Below are positions 20,841-32,393 of a DNA stretch of 54,757 nucleotides, piece after piece. Location of the stretch: contig CAXNEU010000001.1 in assembly GCA_964201705.1 (NCBI GenBank), forward strand, positions 1 through 54,757, given 5' to 3'. A program made the translations under genes and the position numbers. The stretch comes from Candidatus Planktophila sp. (GTDB lineage Bacteria > Actinomycetota > Actinomycetes > Nanopelagicales > Nanopelagicaceae). Position 1 is the stretch's first letter; each line of letters begins with the position of its first letter. The notes beneath the pieces are model-generated. The model ran no database searches. It was not told where the DNA came from and worked only from the letters and a program-made list of their open reading frames with translations.

Positions 20841-23800
20841 GTGACAACCGCTAACCCAACTCCCGTGAGTAAAAAAGACTCATTCGTGCATCTGCATGTT
20901 CATACCGAATATTCGATGCTCGATGGTGCGGCGCGAGTTGGCGATTTAGTTCAAGAAGTAGCGCGTCTTGAAATGCCAGCGATCGCTATGACCGATCACG
21001 GAAATGTTTTTGGCGCTTTTGAATTTTATAAACAAGCAACTAGCGCCGGCGTAAAACCGATTATTGGAATTGAAGCTTACGTAGCACCTGAGTCGCGCTT
21101 TGATAAGAAGCGTGTGCAATGGGCTAGTGGTGGAGATGATGACGTCTCTGGCGGTGGTGCATATACACATATGACAATTCTCGCAGAAAATAACCATGGT
21201 TTGAAGAACTTGTTTCGACTCTCCTCCCTTGCATCCCTTGAAGGTTATTACTACAAGCCGCGTATGGATCGCGAACTGCTTTCGAAATATGCAGATGGGC
21301 TGATTGCAACAACTGGGTGTCCGGGCGGGGAGATTCAGACGCGCTTACGTATGGGAAATTATAAAGATGCGATACGCGCGGCAAGTGATTACCGCGATAT
21401 TTTTGGGGCAAATAATTTCTTCTTAGAGTTGATGGATCACGGAATCGACGTAGAAACTCGCGTAAAAGAAGATCTTCTGAAATTAGGACGCGAACTTAAT
21501 TTGCCACTACTTGCCACAAATGACTTGCACTACACCCACCACGCGGATGCGGCCGCTCACGCCGCCTTGCTCTGTGTGCAATCGGGCACAACGCTGGCAG
21601 ATCCAAAGCGATTTAAATTCGATAATGATGAGTTCTACCTAAAGACACCTTCGCAGATGCGTGAAATATTCCGAGATATTCCAGAAGCTTGCGATAACAC
21701 TTTGCTAATTGCCGAGCGCTGCAACGTAAAGTTGCGCGAAGGTGAAAATTTAATGCCCGCCTTCGCAGTGCCAGCAGATGAAAGTGAAGATAGCTGGCTA
21801 CGTAAAGAGGCTGAACGCGGGCTGCTTGCTAAATTTGGTGATCGCGCAAGTGATGCACATAAAGAGCGTTTGAATTACGAATTAGATGTAATGCTAAAGA
21901 TGGGCTTTCCTGGCTATTTTCTAGTTGTAGCAGATTTGGTCTCTTACGCTAAAAAAGTTGGAATCCGGGTCGGTCCAGGTCGTGGTTCTGCAGCTGGATC
22001 ACTTGTTGCTTATGTTTTAGGAATTACTGGACTAGATCCAATCGAACACGGGCTTTTATTCGAACGCTTCCTAAATCCAGAACGTATCTCAATGCCAGAT
22101 ATCGATTTGGACTTTGACGAACGCCGCCGCAGTGAAGTTATCAAATACGCGACTGAAAAATATGGTGAAGATCGAGTTGCTCAGATCATCACCTACGGAA
22201 CGATTAAATCAAAGCAGTCAATTAAAGATGCCACGCGTGTGCTTGGTTACCCTTATGTAATCGGTGAAAAATTAACTAAAGCACTACCACCTTCGGTGAT
22301 GGGTAAAGATATTTCACTCGCTGGTGTCTTTGATACTAAAGATCCGCGCCACGGCGAAGCAGGAGAATTCCGCGAACTCTATAACTCTGATCCTGATTCA
22401 ATGAAAGTTGTGGATCTAGCAAAAGGCTTAGAAGGATTAAAGCGCCAATGGGGAGTTCACGCCGCTGGTGTGATCCTTTCGCGTGAGCCGCTATTAGATG
22501 TCATTCCAATCCATCGCCGTGAAGCAGATGGCGCGATCATTACCCAATTTGATATGGGCGCTTGCGAATCTACGGGTTTGCTTAAGATGGATTTTCTGGG
22601 GCTTCGAAACTTATCGGTTCTAGATGATGCGCTTTTAAATATTAAAGAGAACCAAGGTATTGATGTGGTTCTAGAAGATCTGGTTCTTTCTGATCAGAAA
22701 ACTTTTGAACTTTTATCGCGCGGAGAGACATTGGGCGTATTCCAACTCGACGGTGGGCCAATGCGTGCGCTACTGCGCAGCATGGCTCCAGATTCGTTCG
22801 CTGATATTTCAGCGGTGATTGCGCTATATCGTCCAGGTCCAATGGGTGAGAACGCGCACAACAACTATGCCGATCGCAAGAATGGGCGTAAACCAGTCGA
22901 ACCAATTCATCCAGAACTCTCTGAAGTCTTGCAGGAAATTTTGGGGGATACCTACGGTTTAATTGTTTATCAAGAACAAGTAATGGCGATCGCCCAGAAA
23001 GTTGCGGGCTTCTCATTGGGTCGCGCAGATCTTCTGCGTAAGGCGATGGGCAAGAAAAATAAAGAGATTCTTGATAAAGAGTATGTGCCTTTTGAGGCAG
23101 GTATGAAAGCAAATGGTTTCTCAACCGCAGCCATTAAACGTCTTTGGGATGTTCTGATTCCATTCTCTGATTACGCCTTCAACCGCGCACACAGCGCTGG
23201 CTATGGCGTTGTTTCATTTTGGACTGCATATTTAAAGGCTAACTACCCAACCGAATACATGGCAGCGCTCTTAACTAGCGTTCGCGATGATAAAGATAAG
23301 TCAGCGCTATATCTCTCAGAATGTCGTCGCATGGGAATCAAAGTTCTACCACCTGATGTAAATGAATCCAATGCCGAGTACACCCCACGTGGCATAGATA
23401 TTCGCTTTGGATTGGCAGCGATCAGAAATGTTGGCGAAGGCGTTGTTGCATCAATTAAGGCATCACGGACGGCAAAGGGAGCATTCTCATCTTTCGGTGA
23501 TTTTCTTGCAAAAGTGGATGCGCAAGTTTGCAATAAGAAAACCATTGAATCTTTAATTAAAGGCGGCGCTTTCGATTCGCTGAAGCATACCCGTAAAGGT
23601 CTAATGTCTATTCACTTAGAAGCAATTGACTCGGTTATTGAAACCAAGCGAGCTGAAGCCATCGGCCAGTTCGATCTCTTCGGCGGAGAATCCATGACCC
23701 AAGTCGCTGGTCTTGATATTGAAATTCCAACCTTCGAGTGGGATAAAACAACGTTGCTTACCTTCGAACGCGAAATGCTCGGACTCTATGTATCCGATCA

Positions 23801-24371
23801 CCCTCTACTAGGTGTGGAACATATCTTGCGTTCAAATACCGATATGTCTATTAGCTCTCTTCTATCTGATGAAAGCACTCCCGATGGTTTCGTCACCTTA
23901 GGCGGTCTGATCACCGGGGTGCAGCGAAAAGTTTCGCGTCAGGGATCTTCTTGGGCGATCGTCAGTCTGGAAGATCTAGAAGGAGCAGTTGAAGTTCTCT
24001 TCTTCTCAAATGTTTATAATCAATATGCCTTAACTCTCACCGAAGATCGCGTAGTAACTGTACGAGGACGCTTTGAACGTCGCGATGATGTTATTCGTTT
24101 CACTGCTCTAGAAATGAAATCACTTGATATCTCAACCGGGCCGGTTGGTCCGCTCCTGATTTCTCTTCCAATTTCGCAATGCACTCCACCGATTGTCGAT
24201 CGCATGAAGGAAATTCTTCGCTCCCATCCCGGAAAGCGTGAGGTCCATATGCAGATCGATGATCAAGGGGTATTCACCACAATGAAGATCGATGCGTTGG
24301 TCACAGCATCACCGAGTTTGAGCGCTGATCTAAAATCTATTCTTGGCCCAGATTGTCTAGTTCGTATCTAA
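20841..24371 (+). CDS. dnaE: DNA polymerase III alpha subunit DnaE1
   Basis: PHP domain (HLHVHTEYS, TDHG, NDLHY), GPGRGS, PDIDLD catalytic motif and OB fold. No intein. Confidence 0.99.
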   Translation: MTTANPTPVSKKDSFVHLHVHTEYSMLDGAARVGDLVQEVARLEMPAIAMTDHGNVFGAFEFYKQATSAGVKPIIGIEAYVAPESRFDKKRVQWASGGDDDVSGGGAYTHMTILAENNHGLKNLFRLSSLASLEGYYYKPRMDRELLSKYADGLIATTGCPGGEIQTRLRMGNYKDAIRAASDYRDIFGANNFFLELMDHGIDVETRVKEDLLKLGRELNLPLLATNDLHYTHHADAAAHAALLCVQSGTTLADPKRFKFDNDEFYLKTPSQMREIFRDIPEACDNTLLIAERCNVKLREGENLMPAFAVPADESEDSWLRKEAERGLLAKFGDRASDAHKERLNYELDVMLKMGFPGYFLVVADLVSYAKKVGIRVGPGRGSAAGSLVAYVLGITGLDPIEHGLLFERFLNPERISMPDIDLDFDERRRSEVIKYATEKYGEDRVAQIITYGTIKSKQSIKDATRVLGYPYVIGEKLTKALPPSVMGKDISLAGVFDTKDPRHGEAGEFRELYNSDPDSMKVVDLAKGLEGLKRQWGVHAAGVILSREPLLDVIPIHRREADGAIITQFDMGACESTGLLKMDFLGLRNLSVLDDALLNIKENQGIDVVLEDLVLSDQKTFELLSRGETLGVFQLDGGPMRALLRSMAPDSFADISAVIALYRPGPMGENAHNNYADRKNGRKPVEPIHPELSEVLQEILGDTYGLIVYQEQVMAIAQKVAGFSLGRADLLRKAMGKKNKEILDKEYVPFEAGMKANGFSTAAIKRLWDVLIPFSDYAFNRAHSAGYGVVSFWTAYLKANYPTEYMAALLTSVRDDKDKSALYLSECRRMGIKVLPPDVNESNAEYTPRGIDIRFGLAAIRNVGEGVVASIKASRTAKGAFSSFGDFLAKVDAQVCNKKTIESLIKGGAFDSLKHTRKGLMSIHLEAIDSVIETKRAEAIGQFDLFGGESMTQVAGLDIEIPTFEWDKTTLLTFEREMLGLYVSDHPLLGVEHILRSNTDMSISSLLSDESTPDGFVTLGGLITGVQRKVSRQGSSWAIVSLEDLEGAVEVLFFSNVYNQYALTLTEDRVVTVRGRFERRDDVIRFTALEMKSLDISTGPVGPLLISLPISQCTPPIVDRMKEILRSHPGKREVHMQIDDQGVFTTMKIDALVTASPSLSADLKSILGPDCLVRI

Positions 24372-24435
24372 TCTCAGCAAGACTTATCTACTAGTCCTGC
24401 GAGTTATTCAGGCGCGGGAGTAATTACCAAACCGT

Positions 24436-24441
24436 TAGACT
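24436..24441 (+). promoter_or_regulatory. -10 hexamer of probable leaderless his operon promoter
   Basis: TAGACT, then 6 nt, then the hisD ATG; no SD sequence. Confidence 0.6.
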
Positions 24442-24447
24442 TACCTC

Positions 24448-25755
24448 ATGATTCGCACGCTCGATTTACGTGGCCAGGCTTTAAGTAAGGCTGGCTATCA
24501 ACGTGCAATCCCACGTGCATCACTTGATATCGCAACTGCGATGCGCACAATTGAGCCAATTCTAGAGCGCGTTAAAAACGGCGATGAATCAGAACTTTTG
24601 AAACTCGCCGAAGAGTTTGATGGGGTTAGGCCAGCATCAATTCGGGTTAGCCAAATTGAATTAGATAAGGCGCTAGAGAATTTAGATCCTGCTGTTCGCA
24701 CGGCTTTAGAACTCTCCATCTCTCGCATTCGTAAGGTGCATGATGATCAGAGACGCACAGATAAAACCACCAAGGTCGTAGACGGTGGCGTTGTCACCGA
24801 ACGTTGGATTCCGGTAGATCGGGTTGGCTTGTATGTTCCAGGTGGACGCGCTGTTTATCCAAGCAGCGTATTAATGAATGTGATTCCAGCCCAAATCGCC
24901 GAAGTTTCTAGTATCGCTGTTGCATCACCACCGCAGAAAGAGTTTGGAGGATTGCCGCACCCGACAATTCTGGCGGCTTGTGCACTCCTTGGAATAAAAG
25001 AGGTTTATGCAATTGGGGGAGCGCAAGCGATCGCACTCTTTGCATATGGAATGGAAGGACTTTCGGAAAAGTGCGATCTCGTCACTGGGCCGGGAAATAT
25101 TTATGTGGCTGCGGCTAAGCGTGCTCTTCGAGGAGTTATTGGAATCGACTCTGAAGCAGGACCAACCGAGATTGCGATTTTGGCAGATGAGAGCGCAATT
25201 GCATCCGATGTAGCAGCAGATTTAATTAGCCAAGCAGAGCACGATGTAATCGCCGCAGCAGTTCTAATTACAACATCAACTGAATTGGCCGATAAGGTTG
25301 TTAAGGAGCTAGAGATTCGCGTTGCTGCAACCAAGCACAGTTCGCGAATAAGAGAAGCGCTCTCGGGCATTCAATCAGCAATTGTTTTAGTCGATTCCAT
25401 TTCACAAGGTATAGATGTAGTAAATGCTTACGCTGCCGAACACTTGGAAATTCAAACTTTAAACGCTGCGCAAGACGCGCTTATGATCCGTAATGCTGGA
25501 GCAGTCTTTATCGGGAGATTTTCCCCAGTTTCACTTGGAGATTACTCCGCTGGGTCTAACCACGTATTGCCAACCGGGGGATGCGCTTGTCACAGCAGTG
25601 GACTTTCCGTACAAACTTTTTTACGAGGAATTCATTACATTGAATACAAGAAGGAAGCATTTGTAGACCTGATTCCTACGGTAATCACATTGGCTAATTC
25701 CGAGGATTTGCCGGCACACGGTGAAGCAATGTCTGCTCGTCTGGAAAATATATGA
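24448..25755 (+). CDS. hisD: Histidinol dehydrogenase
   Basis: [29 protein letters not shown] and [13 protein letters not shown] motifs. Confidence 0.98.
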   Translation: MIRTLDLRGQALSKAGYQRAIPRASLDIATAMRTIEPILERVKNGDESELLKLAEEFDGVRPASIRVSQIELDKALENLDPAVRTALELSISRIRKVHDDQRRTDKTTKVVDGGVVTERWIPVDRVGLYVPGGRAVYPSSVLMNVIPAQIAEVSSIAVASPPQKEFGGLPHPTILAACALLGIKEVYAIGGAQAIALFAYGMEGLSEKCDLVTGPGNIYVAAAKRALRGVIGIDSEAGPTEIAILADESAIASDVAADLISQAEHDVIAAAVLITTSTELADKVVKELEIRVAATKHSSRIREALSGIQSAIVLVDSISQGIDVVNAYAAEHLEIQTLNAAQDALMIRNAGAVFIGRFSPVSLGDYSAGSNHVLPTGGCACHSSGLSVQTFLRGIHYIEYKKEAFVDLIPTVITLANSEDLPAHGEAMSARLENI

Positions 25756-26861
25756 GCGAAAAGAACTGGCCTAACTGGTTACCGCTGCGCCAAGATTTAA
25801 AACCACTTTCTCCATATGGCGCGCCACAAGTTCCGGCTGAGGCGACGCTAAACACCAACGAAAATCCTTACGCACCATCTCCTGCGCTGGCAAAAGCGAT
25901 CGCTGATCGCACTCACAAAGTTGCCCTGAATTTAAATCGCTATCCAGATCGCGACGCAATTTTGCTGCGCAAGGGTTTGGCTTCCTTTATAAATAAGTTA
26001 TCAAGCACCTTATTTGATACTGATCAGGTATGGGCGGCAAATGGCAGTAACGAAATCATTCAATCGCTCTTTATGGCATTTGGTGAAAGACCTGCTCTAG
26101 GATTTACACCTTCTTATTCAATGCACCCGTTAATCGCTAAAGTCATTGGAGTTAACTGGTGCGATGGCGGTCGTCGCGCGGATTTCTCACTCGACCTTGC
26201 AAAAGCAAAAGAGGAGATATCGAAAGTAAAACCTGCCCTAACTTTTATTACGACACCCAATAACCCGACCGGAACCACTGTCACCCTGGAGGAGATTTCG
26301 CAGCTCGCGGATGCTGCCGCCAAAGTTGGCGGCTTGCTGATAGTCGATGAGGCGTACGCCGAATTCTCCAACCTCCCATCTGCCGTCACGTTAATTACCA
26401 AATTTCCTAACGTGGTTGTTATTCGCACAATGAGCAAGGCATTCGCTTTCGCCGGAGCTCGCCTGGGATATTTGATTGCAGATGCTGAAGTTGTATCAGC
26501 GATGTTCTTGGTACGCCTGCCGTATCACTTAAGTTCGCTTACTCAGGCAGCAGCTGAGGTCGCTCTCGAATTTCAAAGCGAACTCTTAGGTACTGTCTCT
26601 TCGCTCATCGGATCACGCAAATTCGTGGTATCAGAGTTAGAGAAGATGGGGTTGCAGGTAATTTCCAGCCAAGCCAACTTCATTTTATTCGCAGGATTTA
26701 GCCAAGAGAGCGCGCAACTTTGGCGTCAATTGCTAGATCGCGGCGTTCTCATTAGAGATGTGGGATTATTGGGACACTTGAGAATGACCATTGGCAATGA
26801 GGCCGAGAACCAGAAATTTATCGCCGCCCTGCAAGAGATCTTGAATGGAGAACGCCAATGA
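25752..26861 (+). CDS. hisC: Histidinol-phosphate aminotransferase
   Basis: LNTNENP, NRYPD, PNNPTG, DEAY and RTMSKAF motifs. Confidence 0.97.
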   Translation: MSEKNWPNWLPLRQDLKPLSPYGAPQVPAEATLNTNENPYAPSPALAKAIADRTHKVALNLNRYPDRDAILLRKGLASFINKLSSTLFDTDQVWAANGSNEIIQSLFMAFGERPALGFTPSYSMHPLIAKVIGVNWCDGGRRADFSLDLAKAKEEISKVKPALTFITTPNNPTGTTVTLEEISQLADAAAKVGGLLIVDEAYAEFSNLPSAVTLITKFPNVVVIRTMSKAFAFAGARLGYLIADAEVVSAMFLVRLPYHLSSLTQAAAEVALEFQSELLGTVSSLIGSRKFVVSELEKMGLQVISSQANFILFAGFSQESAQLWRQLLDRGVLIRDVGLLGHLRMTIGNEAENQKFIAALQEILNGERQ

Positions 26862-27442
26862 GAACAGCCCGCGTAGAACGTAAGACAAAAGAGTCACACG
26901 TAATCGTCGAATTAAATTTAGATGGCGTCGGTGAGATCTCGGTTGATACCGGTGTTCCGTTCTTTGATCACATGCTTTCGCAACTAGGCAAGCACTCCGG
27001 ATTTAACTTAACAGTCAAGACAACTGGCGATGTTGATGTTGATTCTCACCACACCGTTGAAGACACATCGCTGGCATTTGGCCAAGCGCTGCGCGAAGCG
27101 CTCGGTGACAAAGTAGGCATTCGTCGCTTTGGCGATGCCATGGTGCCACTGGATGAAGTGTTAGTTCAGGCAGCGGTAGACCTTTCGGGTCGTCCCTACC
27201 TTGTTCACCGCCAACCTGAAATCGTTGAGTTAATCGGTACATTTGATACAACTCTTGGAAAACATATTTGGGAATCAATTGTCGCTGAAGCGCGCATCGC
27301 ACTCCATATCCGCGTCCTTGAGGGGCGTAATGCGCACCACGTTTTTGAAGCACAATTTAAAGCCGTTGCGCGTGCCCTTCGTGATGCAGTCTCACTTGAT
27401 GGCGGAATCGCAGGAGTTCCTTCCACAAAAGGTTCGCTCTAA
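26858..27442 (+). CDS. hisB: Imidazoleglycerol-phosphate dehydratase
   Basis: [22 protein letters not shown] and PSTKG motifs. Confidence 0.98.
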   Translation: MRTARVERKTKESHVIVELNLDGVGEISVDTGVPFFDHMLSQLGKHSGFNLTVKTTGDVDVDSHHTVEDTSLAFGQALREALGDKVGIRRFGDAMVPLDEVLVQAAVDLSGRPYLVHRQPEIVELIGTFDTTLGKHIWESIVAEARIALHIRVLEGRNAHHVFEAQFKAVARALRDAVSLDGGIAGVPSTKGSL

Positions 27443-27444
27443 TA

Positions 27445-28047
27445 GTGATTGCAATCCTTGACTACGGGTCAGGTAATTTACGTTCGGCGCAACGCGCCTT
27501 CGAACGCAGTGGATCTGAAGTCATAGTTACATCCAATCGTGATATTGCCCTTAACGCCGCTGGACTTGTCGTCCCAGGTGTTGGTGCATTTGCTGCTTGC
27601 ATGCGCGGCTTAGTCGCAATCGGGGGAGATGAAATAGTTCGAGCTCGAGTTGCCGCAAAACGTCCGACGCTTGGCATTTGCGTTGGTATGCAAATTCTCT
27701 TTCGTGATGGCGATGAACACGCGAACAGCGCACCACACAAAGGCGTTGGTATCTGGCAAGAGAGCATTACCAAGTTAGCTGCGCCGATCTTGCCGCATAT
27801 GGGCTGGAATACCGTCGCGGTTACTGGGCCATCACAACTCTTTAAAGGCATTGCAGATCAATCTTTCTACTTTGTCCATTCTTATGCCGCTAAATCCAGC
27901 GTCGGTTCTGCGCAAGGTTGGACAACACATGGCGAAAAATTTCTGAGCGCTGTAGAAGATGGCGCAATTTGTGCAACGCAATTTCACCCGGAAAAATCTG
28001 GTGATGCCGGCCTTGAACTAATCAAGAATTGGGTGGGGCTGCTATGA
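27445..28047 (+). CDS. hisH: IGP synthase glutaminase subunit
   Basis: [20 protein letters not shown] and QFHPEKS motifs. Confidence 0.98.
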   Translation: MIAILDYGSGNLRSAQRAFERSGSEVIVTSNRDIALNAAGLVVPGVGAFAACMRGLVAIGGDEIVRARVAAKRPTLGICVGMQILFRDGDEHANSAPHKGVGIWQESITKLAAPILPHMGWNTVAVTGPSQLFKGIADQSFYFVHSYAAKSSVGSAQGWTTHGEKFLSAVEDGAICATQFHPEKSGDAGLELIKNWVGLL

Positions 28048-28784
28048 GCGAGGCAAAGTATCTGGAACTTCTTCCTGCAGTTGATGTAAAAGATGGCCAT
28101 GCAGTAAGACTGGTGCAAGGAGAACTTGCACGCGAAAGCATTTATGGTCAACCACTTGAAGTCGCTTTAGAATTTCAAGCAGCAGGCGCTGAATGGTTGC
28201 ACTTAGTAGATCTGGATGCTGCATTCGGCCGGGGAGATAACAGCGCAATTCTCGCTGAAGTTGTTGGGCGTTTAGATATAAAGGTAGAACTCTCTGGTGG
28301 TATTCGCGATGATGAATCACTCAAGCGCGCCCTCGCCACCGGCTGTCGCCGTATAAATCTCGGTACGGCTGCGTTAGAAAATCCGCAATGGACTGCGCGG
28401 GTGATTGCCGAACATGGCGATCGAATCGCAGTTGGTTTAGATGTGCGCGGACATGTTCTTGCAGCACGTGGTTGGACTAAGGAAGGTGGAGATCTTTTTG
28501 AAACTTTAGCTCGGTTGGAAAGTGATGGTTGTGCGCGTTATGTCGTAACCGATGTAACCAAAGATGGAACTCTGCAAGGCCCAAATCTAGAATTACTCCG
28601 CGAAGTTTGTAGCGTAACCAAGAAGCCAGTAGTTGCCAGCGGAGGAATCTCATCTTTGGCCGACATCTCTGCACTTTCTGCTTTAAATGAAATTGGTGTC
28701 GAGGGCGCAATTGTTGGCAAAGCTTTATATGCCGGTGCTTTTACATTGCAAGAGGCTTTGGCGCTGACTAAGGGCGTTAAGTAA
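28044..28784 (+). CDS. priA: Bifunctional HisA/TrpF isomerase PriA
   Basis: [28 protein letters not shown] and AARGWT motifs. No trpF in the adjacent trp cluster. Confidence 0.93.
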   Translation: MSEAKYLELLPAVDVKDGHAVRLVQGELARESIYGQPLEVALEFQAAGAEWLHLVDLDAAFGRGDNSAILAEVVGRLDIKVELSGGIRDDESLKRALATGCRRINLGTAALENPQWTARVIAEHGDRIAVGLDVRGHVLAARGWTKEGGDLFETLARLESDGCARYVVTDVTKDGTLQGPNLELLREVCSVTKKPVVASGGISSLADISALSALNEIGVEGAIVGKALYAGAFTLQEALALTKGVK

Positions 28785-29558
28785 ATGGCACTTTCAATTC
28801 GAATTATTCCTTGCCTGGATGTCACAGATGGTCGCGTTGTAAAAGGAGTGAATTTTACAGACCTCATTGATGCTGGTGACCCGGTGGAAATGGCAAATTT
28901 ATATAATCTAGAAGGGGCGGATGAGTTAACTTTCTTAGATATTTCCGCCAGTAGTTCAGATCGGGAAACTACTTTAGATGTGGTTAGAAAGACCGCTGAG
29001 CAAGTCTTTATTCCATTAACTGTAGGTGGTGGAATTCGCAGCGTTGAAGATGTTGATCGATTATTGCGCGCGGGTGCCGATAAAGTTTCGATAAATACTT
29101 CTGCGATTGCGCGCCCAGAGTTAATTTCTGAAATCGCCGATCGCTTCGGCTCGCAAGTGTTAGTAATTTCAGTTGATGCTCGCCGCGCGCGTACTGATTC
29201 AGGATTTGAAGTCACCACGCACGGAGGACGCCAAAGCGCTGGTCTTGATGCACTCGCTTGGGTTGAGAAAGCGTGCGCACTTGGCGCAGGAGAAATCCTT
29301 TTGAATTCAATGGATGCCGATGGCACGCGTGCAGGCTATGACATTGGAATGATTACTGCGGTGCGAGCAATCTCCAAGGTTCCGTTGATTGCCAGTGGTG
29401 GTGCCGGAACTCTTGAAGATTTTGGCGCCGCCCTTGATGCTGGCGCTGATGCGCTACTTGCTGCGAGCGTATTTCACTTCGGGATTCACAGAATTAGCGA
29501 TGTCAAGAAGTATTTAAGCGCACAGGGTTATTCCATTCGCAACAACCGCACCGCCTAA
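28785..29558 (+). CDS. hisF: IGP synthase cyclase subunit
   Basis: [18 protein letters not shown] and PLTVGGGIR motifs. Confidence 0.98.
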   Translation: MALSIRIIPCLDVTDGRVVKGVNFTDLIDAGDPVEMANLYNLEGADELTFLDISASSSDRETTLDVVRKTAEQVFIPLTVGGGIRSVEDVDRLLRAGADKVSINTSAIARPELISEIADRFGSQVLVISVDARRARTDSGFEVTTHGGRQSAGLDALAWVEKACALGAGEILLNSMDADGTRAGYDIGMITAVRAISKVPLIASGGAGTLEDFGAALDAGADALLAASVFHFGIHRISDVKKYLSAQGYSIRNNRTA

Positions 29559-29572
29559 GGCAGAATAAGGCT

Positions 29573-29944
29573 ATGGATGCGCAACTGCCTATCGATCTAC
29601 CCACGGATATCGCAGAGCGTTTAAAATCTGATCTAGATTTAATTCCGGCGATCGCTCAGGATGCCAAAACTGGTGAAGTTTTAATGTTGGCCTATATGAA
29701 TCGCCAATCACTTGCCTTAACGCTCAAGAGTGGTCGAGCAACTTACTGGAGCCGCAGTCGCAACGAACTCTGGGAGAAGGGTGCGACTTCAGGAAATACC
29801 CAAAAAGTTTTAGCGATCTCACTTGATTGCGATGGCGATGCGATTTTAATTAAAGTCGAACAAAGCGGGGCTGCCTGTCACACGGGGGAGCAGAGTTGTT
29901 TTCACAATCAGCTTCCCCTAAAACATTCGGCAGGTGAGCGTTAA
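29573..29944 (+). CDS. hisI: Phosphoribosyl-AMP cyclohydrolase
   Basis: YWSRSR, KGATSGN, DCDGD and ACHTG..SCF motifs; no HisE domain. Confidence 0.97.
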   Translation: MDAQLPIDLPTDIAERLKSDLDLIPAIAQDAKTGEVLMLAYMNRQSLALTLKSGRATYWSRSRNELWEKGATSGNTQKVLAISLDCDGDAILIKVEQSGAACHTGEQSCFHNQLPLKHSAGER

Positions 29945-31440
29945 TGCAACGTTCGGAATTTCAGGAGTATGCCAAGAGTTTTAATGTGATTCCGGTTTAC
30001 CGCAAACTTCTCGCAGATGGTGAAACCCCAATCGGAATTTACCGAAAGTTAGCCAAGAACGCGTCTTCTACATTCTTATTAGAATCTGCAGAACACGGCG
30101 GAACGTGGTCGCGTTACTCATTCATCGGAGCAAATAGCCAAGCAACTTTGAGCGAGAAAGATGGCAAGGCGATTTGGGTAGGAACAACACCTGCAGGTGC
30201 TCCTGTTGGTATAGATCCACTCGCAGCGCTGCGCCTTTCAGCTGCACACTTACGTTCGCCCAAAATTGCTGGGCTTCCACCACTTACTGGTGGCTTAGTC
30301 GGATATATGGGATATGACTGCGTTCGTCGCCTGGAAAAACTTCCATCACTTGGTAAAAAAGATATAGATCTACCAGAACTAGCCTTTATGTTAACCAGCG
30401 ATCTTGCGGTGATGGATCACGCGCAAGGAACAGTCACCTTAATTGCCAATGCCATTAATTGGGATGGAACTGGCGATCGGGTGGATCAAGCTTTTGACGA
30501 TGCACAATTGCGTTTGGATCGAATGCAGAACGAACTCGCCGGCTCACTCCCTGGATTTGTAGAAGAGTTAGGCCAAAAGAGCGCCCCAGAATTTACTCGC
30601 AATATTTCAGGTGAAGAGTACAAAGCGAAGATTGCGCTGGCTAAAGAAGAAATTTTGGCAGGTGAAGCTTTTCAAATAGTTCTCTCACAACGTTTTGCCA
30701 TGGAGTGCACTGCAGATGCGCTAGATGTTTATCGCATGCTTCGTCTTCACAATCCCAGCCCATATATGTATCTATTTAGATTTACTGATGGCGTTGAAGT
30801 TGTTGGTTCAAGCCCAGAAGCACTCGTCAAAGTCACCGGTAAAGAAGTAATGGTTCATCCCATTGCTGGTACGCGCAAGAGATCAGATTCAGCAGAAGAA
30901 GATCATCGCCTCGGTGAAGAGTTGTTGGCAGATCCGAAAGAGCGCGCTGAACATTTGATGCTGGTAGATCTTGGGCGAAATGATCTCGGGCGAATTTGTT
31001 CTCCAGGTAGCGTTGAAGTTATAGATTTTATGCACATCGAGCGGTACTCACACGTGATGCATATCGTCTCAACTGTCATCGGAGAACTCTCAGAAAAATC
31101 ATCACCAGTCGATGCGCTCTTTGCAGTTTTTCCAGCAGGAACTCTTTCAGGTGCACCAAAGCCACGTGCGATGGAGATTATTGAAACGCTAGAACCAACC
31201 CGCCGCGGCTTATATGGTGGCGCAATCGGTTACTTAGACTTCACTGGCAACATTGATACTTGTATCGCAATACGCACTGCACTCATTCATAACGGCGTGG
31301 CATATGTTCAAGCCGGGGCAGGGGTAGTTGCTGATTCTGATCCAGAGTCAGAAAATCAAGAGTGTCTAAATAAAGCTGCCGCTGTTTTAGGTGCGATCGG
31401 TGCGGCCAATAAGTTATCCGCTGGAATGAAAATTTCCTAA
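29944..31440 (+). CDS. trpE: Anthranilate synthase component I
   Basis: FLLESAE, NPSPYMY, PIAGT, EHLMLVDLGRND and PAGTLSGAPK motifs. Confidence 0.97.
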   Translation: MQRSEFQEYAKSFNVIPVYRKLLADGETPIGIYRKLAKNASSTFLLESAEHGGTWSRYSFIGANSQATLSEKDGKAIWVGTTPAGAPVGIDPLAALRLSAAHLRSPKIAGLPPLTGGLVGYMGYDCVRRLEKLPSLGKKDIDLPELAFMLTSDLAVMDHAQGTVTLIANAINWDGTGDRVDQAFDDAQLRLDRMQNELAGSLPGFVEELGQKSAPEFTRNISGEEYKAKIALAKEEILAGEAFQIVLSQRFAMECTADALDVYRMLRLHNPSPYMYLFRFTDGVEVVGSSPEALVKVTGKEVMVHPIAGTRKRSDSAEEDHRLGEELLADPKERAEHLMLVDLGRNDLGRICSPGSVEVIDFMHIERYSHVMHIVSTVIGELSEKSSPVDALFAVFPAGTLSGAPKPRAMEIIETLEPTRRGLYGGAIGYLDFTGNIDTCIAIRTALIHNGVAYVQAGAGVVADSDPESENQECLNKAAAVLGAIGAANKLSAGMKIS

Positions 31441-31614
31441 ATGTCAGATTTTGCTCCGGTTCTATTTTCACTCACCATAATTCTCTTACTGGTCTTTCTG
31501 ATTTCGCGTCGTTTCAATATTTCATCGCGTTATGAGCGCAAACCGAAAGTACATACCCCCTGGAGCGCTCTCGATAATGGAATTGATCCATCTAAGGATG
31601 GCGGCGATAAGTGA
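31441..31614 (+). CDS. 57-aa minimal Trp-biosynthesis-associated membrane protein (absent from ORF track)
   Basis: Translates as MSDFAPVLFSLTIILLLVFLISRRFNISSRYERKPKVHTPWSALDNGIDPSKDGGDK. ATG directly follows the trpE stop and the stop overlaps the trpC GTG (GTGA). Carries the SRYER...W-ALD-G-DP family motif. Confidence 0.85.
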   Translation: MSDFAPVLFSLTIILLLVFLISRRFNISSRYERKPKVHTPWSALDNGIDPSKDGGDK

Positions 31615-32384
31615 GCGTATTAGATTCGATCATTGAGGGCGTGCGCGAAGATTTAGCAAAGCGCCGCGGTTCCTTAGCAGAATTGCACGAGCAAATGTCG
31701 CAAGCGGCGCCACCATTGGATGCACATACCGTGCTTAAAGGTGATCAAATAAAAGTCATCGCCGAAGTAAAGCGATCATCTCCAAGCAAAGGAACACTTT
31801 CTGCAATTGCAGATCCTGCTGCTCTGGCCGAACAATATGAGAGCGCTGGCGCAAGTGTGATTAGCGTATTAACAGAAGAGCGCAGATTTAAAGGATCACT
31901 TGCAGATTTAACTTCGGTTCGATCCAGAGTATCAATTCCAATTCTTCGGAAAGATTTTATGGTCGATGAGTACCAATTCTTTGAAGCGCGCGCTCACGGC
32001 GCAGATGTAGTGTTATTAATCGTTGCCGCTTTAGCCAAGAGCCAATTGCGAGATTTCTATGACTTAGCAACAGAATTGGGCATGGCCGCGTTGATCGAAG
32101 TCCACACCGCTGATGAATTAGAACGGGCAATGGAAATTACTCCACGAATAATTGGAGTCAATTCCCGTAATTTAAAAACGCTGGAAGTTAATCCAGCGGC
32201 TTTCGCGGATTTGATTCCTCAGATTCCCAACAAGATTATTCGTGTTGCAGAATCAGGCATCAGCAGCCGAGGTGATGTGGAATTCGCTCAAAGCCACGGT
32301 GCCGATGCCATATTGGTGGGTGAAGCCCTCGTCACATCTGCTAATCCAGATTTGGCAATGCGCGCCTTATTGGGTCAAGGGTAG
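31611..32384 (+). CDS. trpC: Indole-3-glycerol phosphate synthase
   Basis: IAEVKRSSPSKG, SVLTE, LRKDF, GVNSRNL and VAESGI motifs. Confidence 0.98.
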   Translation: MSVLDSIIEGVREDLAKRRGSLAELHEQMSQAAPPLDAHTVLKGDQIKVIAEVKRSSPSKGTLSAIADPAALAEQYESAGASVISVLTEERRFKGSLADLTSVRSRVSIPILRKDFMVDEYQFFEARAHGADVVLLIVAALAKSQLRDFYDLATELGMAALIEVHTADELERAMEITPRIIGVNSRNLKTLEVNPAAFADLIPQIPNKIIRVAESGISSRGDVEFAQSHGADAILVGEALVTSANPDLAMRALLGQG

Positions 32385-32393
32385 GCTTTAACT

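Noticed and set aside
20841-24371. Possible intein or split in dnaE
   Set aside because: The length (1176 aa) and continuous motifs match an ordinary DnaE1.
24372-24447. Weak hairpin TCCTGCG/CGCGGGA before hisD as a his attenuator
   Set aside because: No His-rich leader peptide or U tract, and it lies upstream of the leaderless -10.
28538-29326. 262-aa antisense ORF over priA/hisF, and similar ones at 3971-4519, 43642-44277 and 51973-52623
   Set aside because: Fully antisense to conserved genes, with S/T/P/A-rich shadow composition and no motifs.
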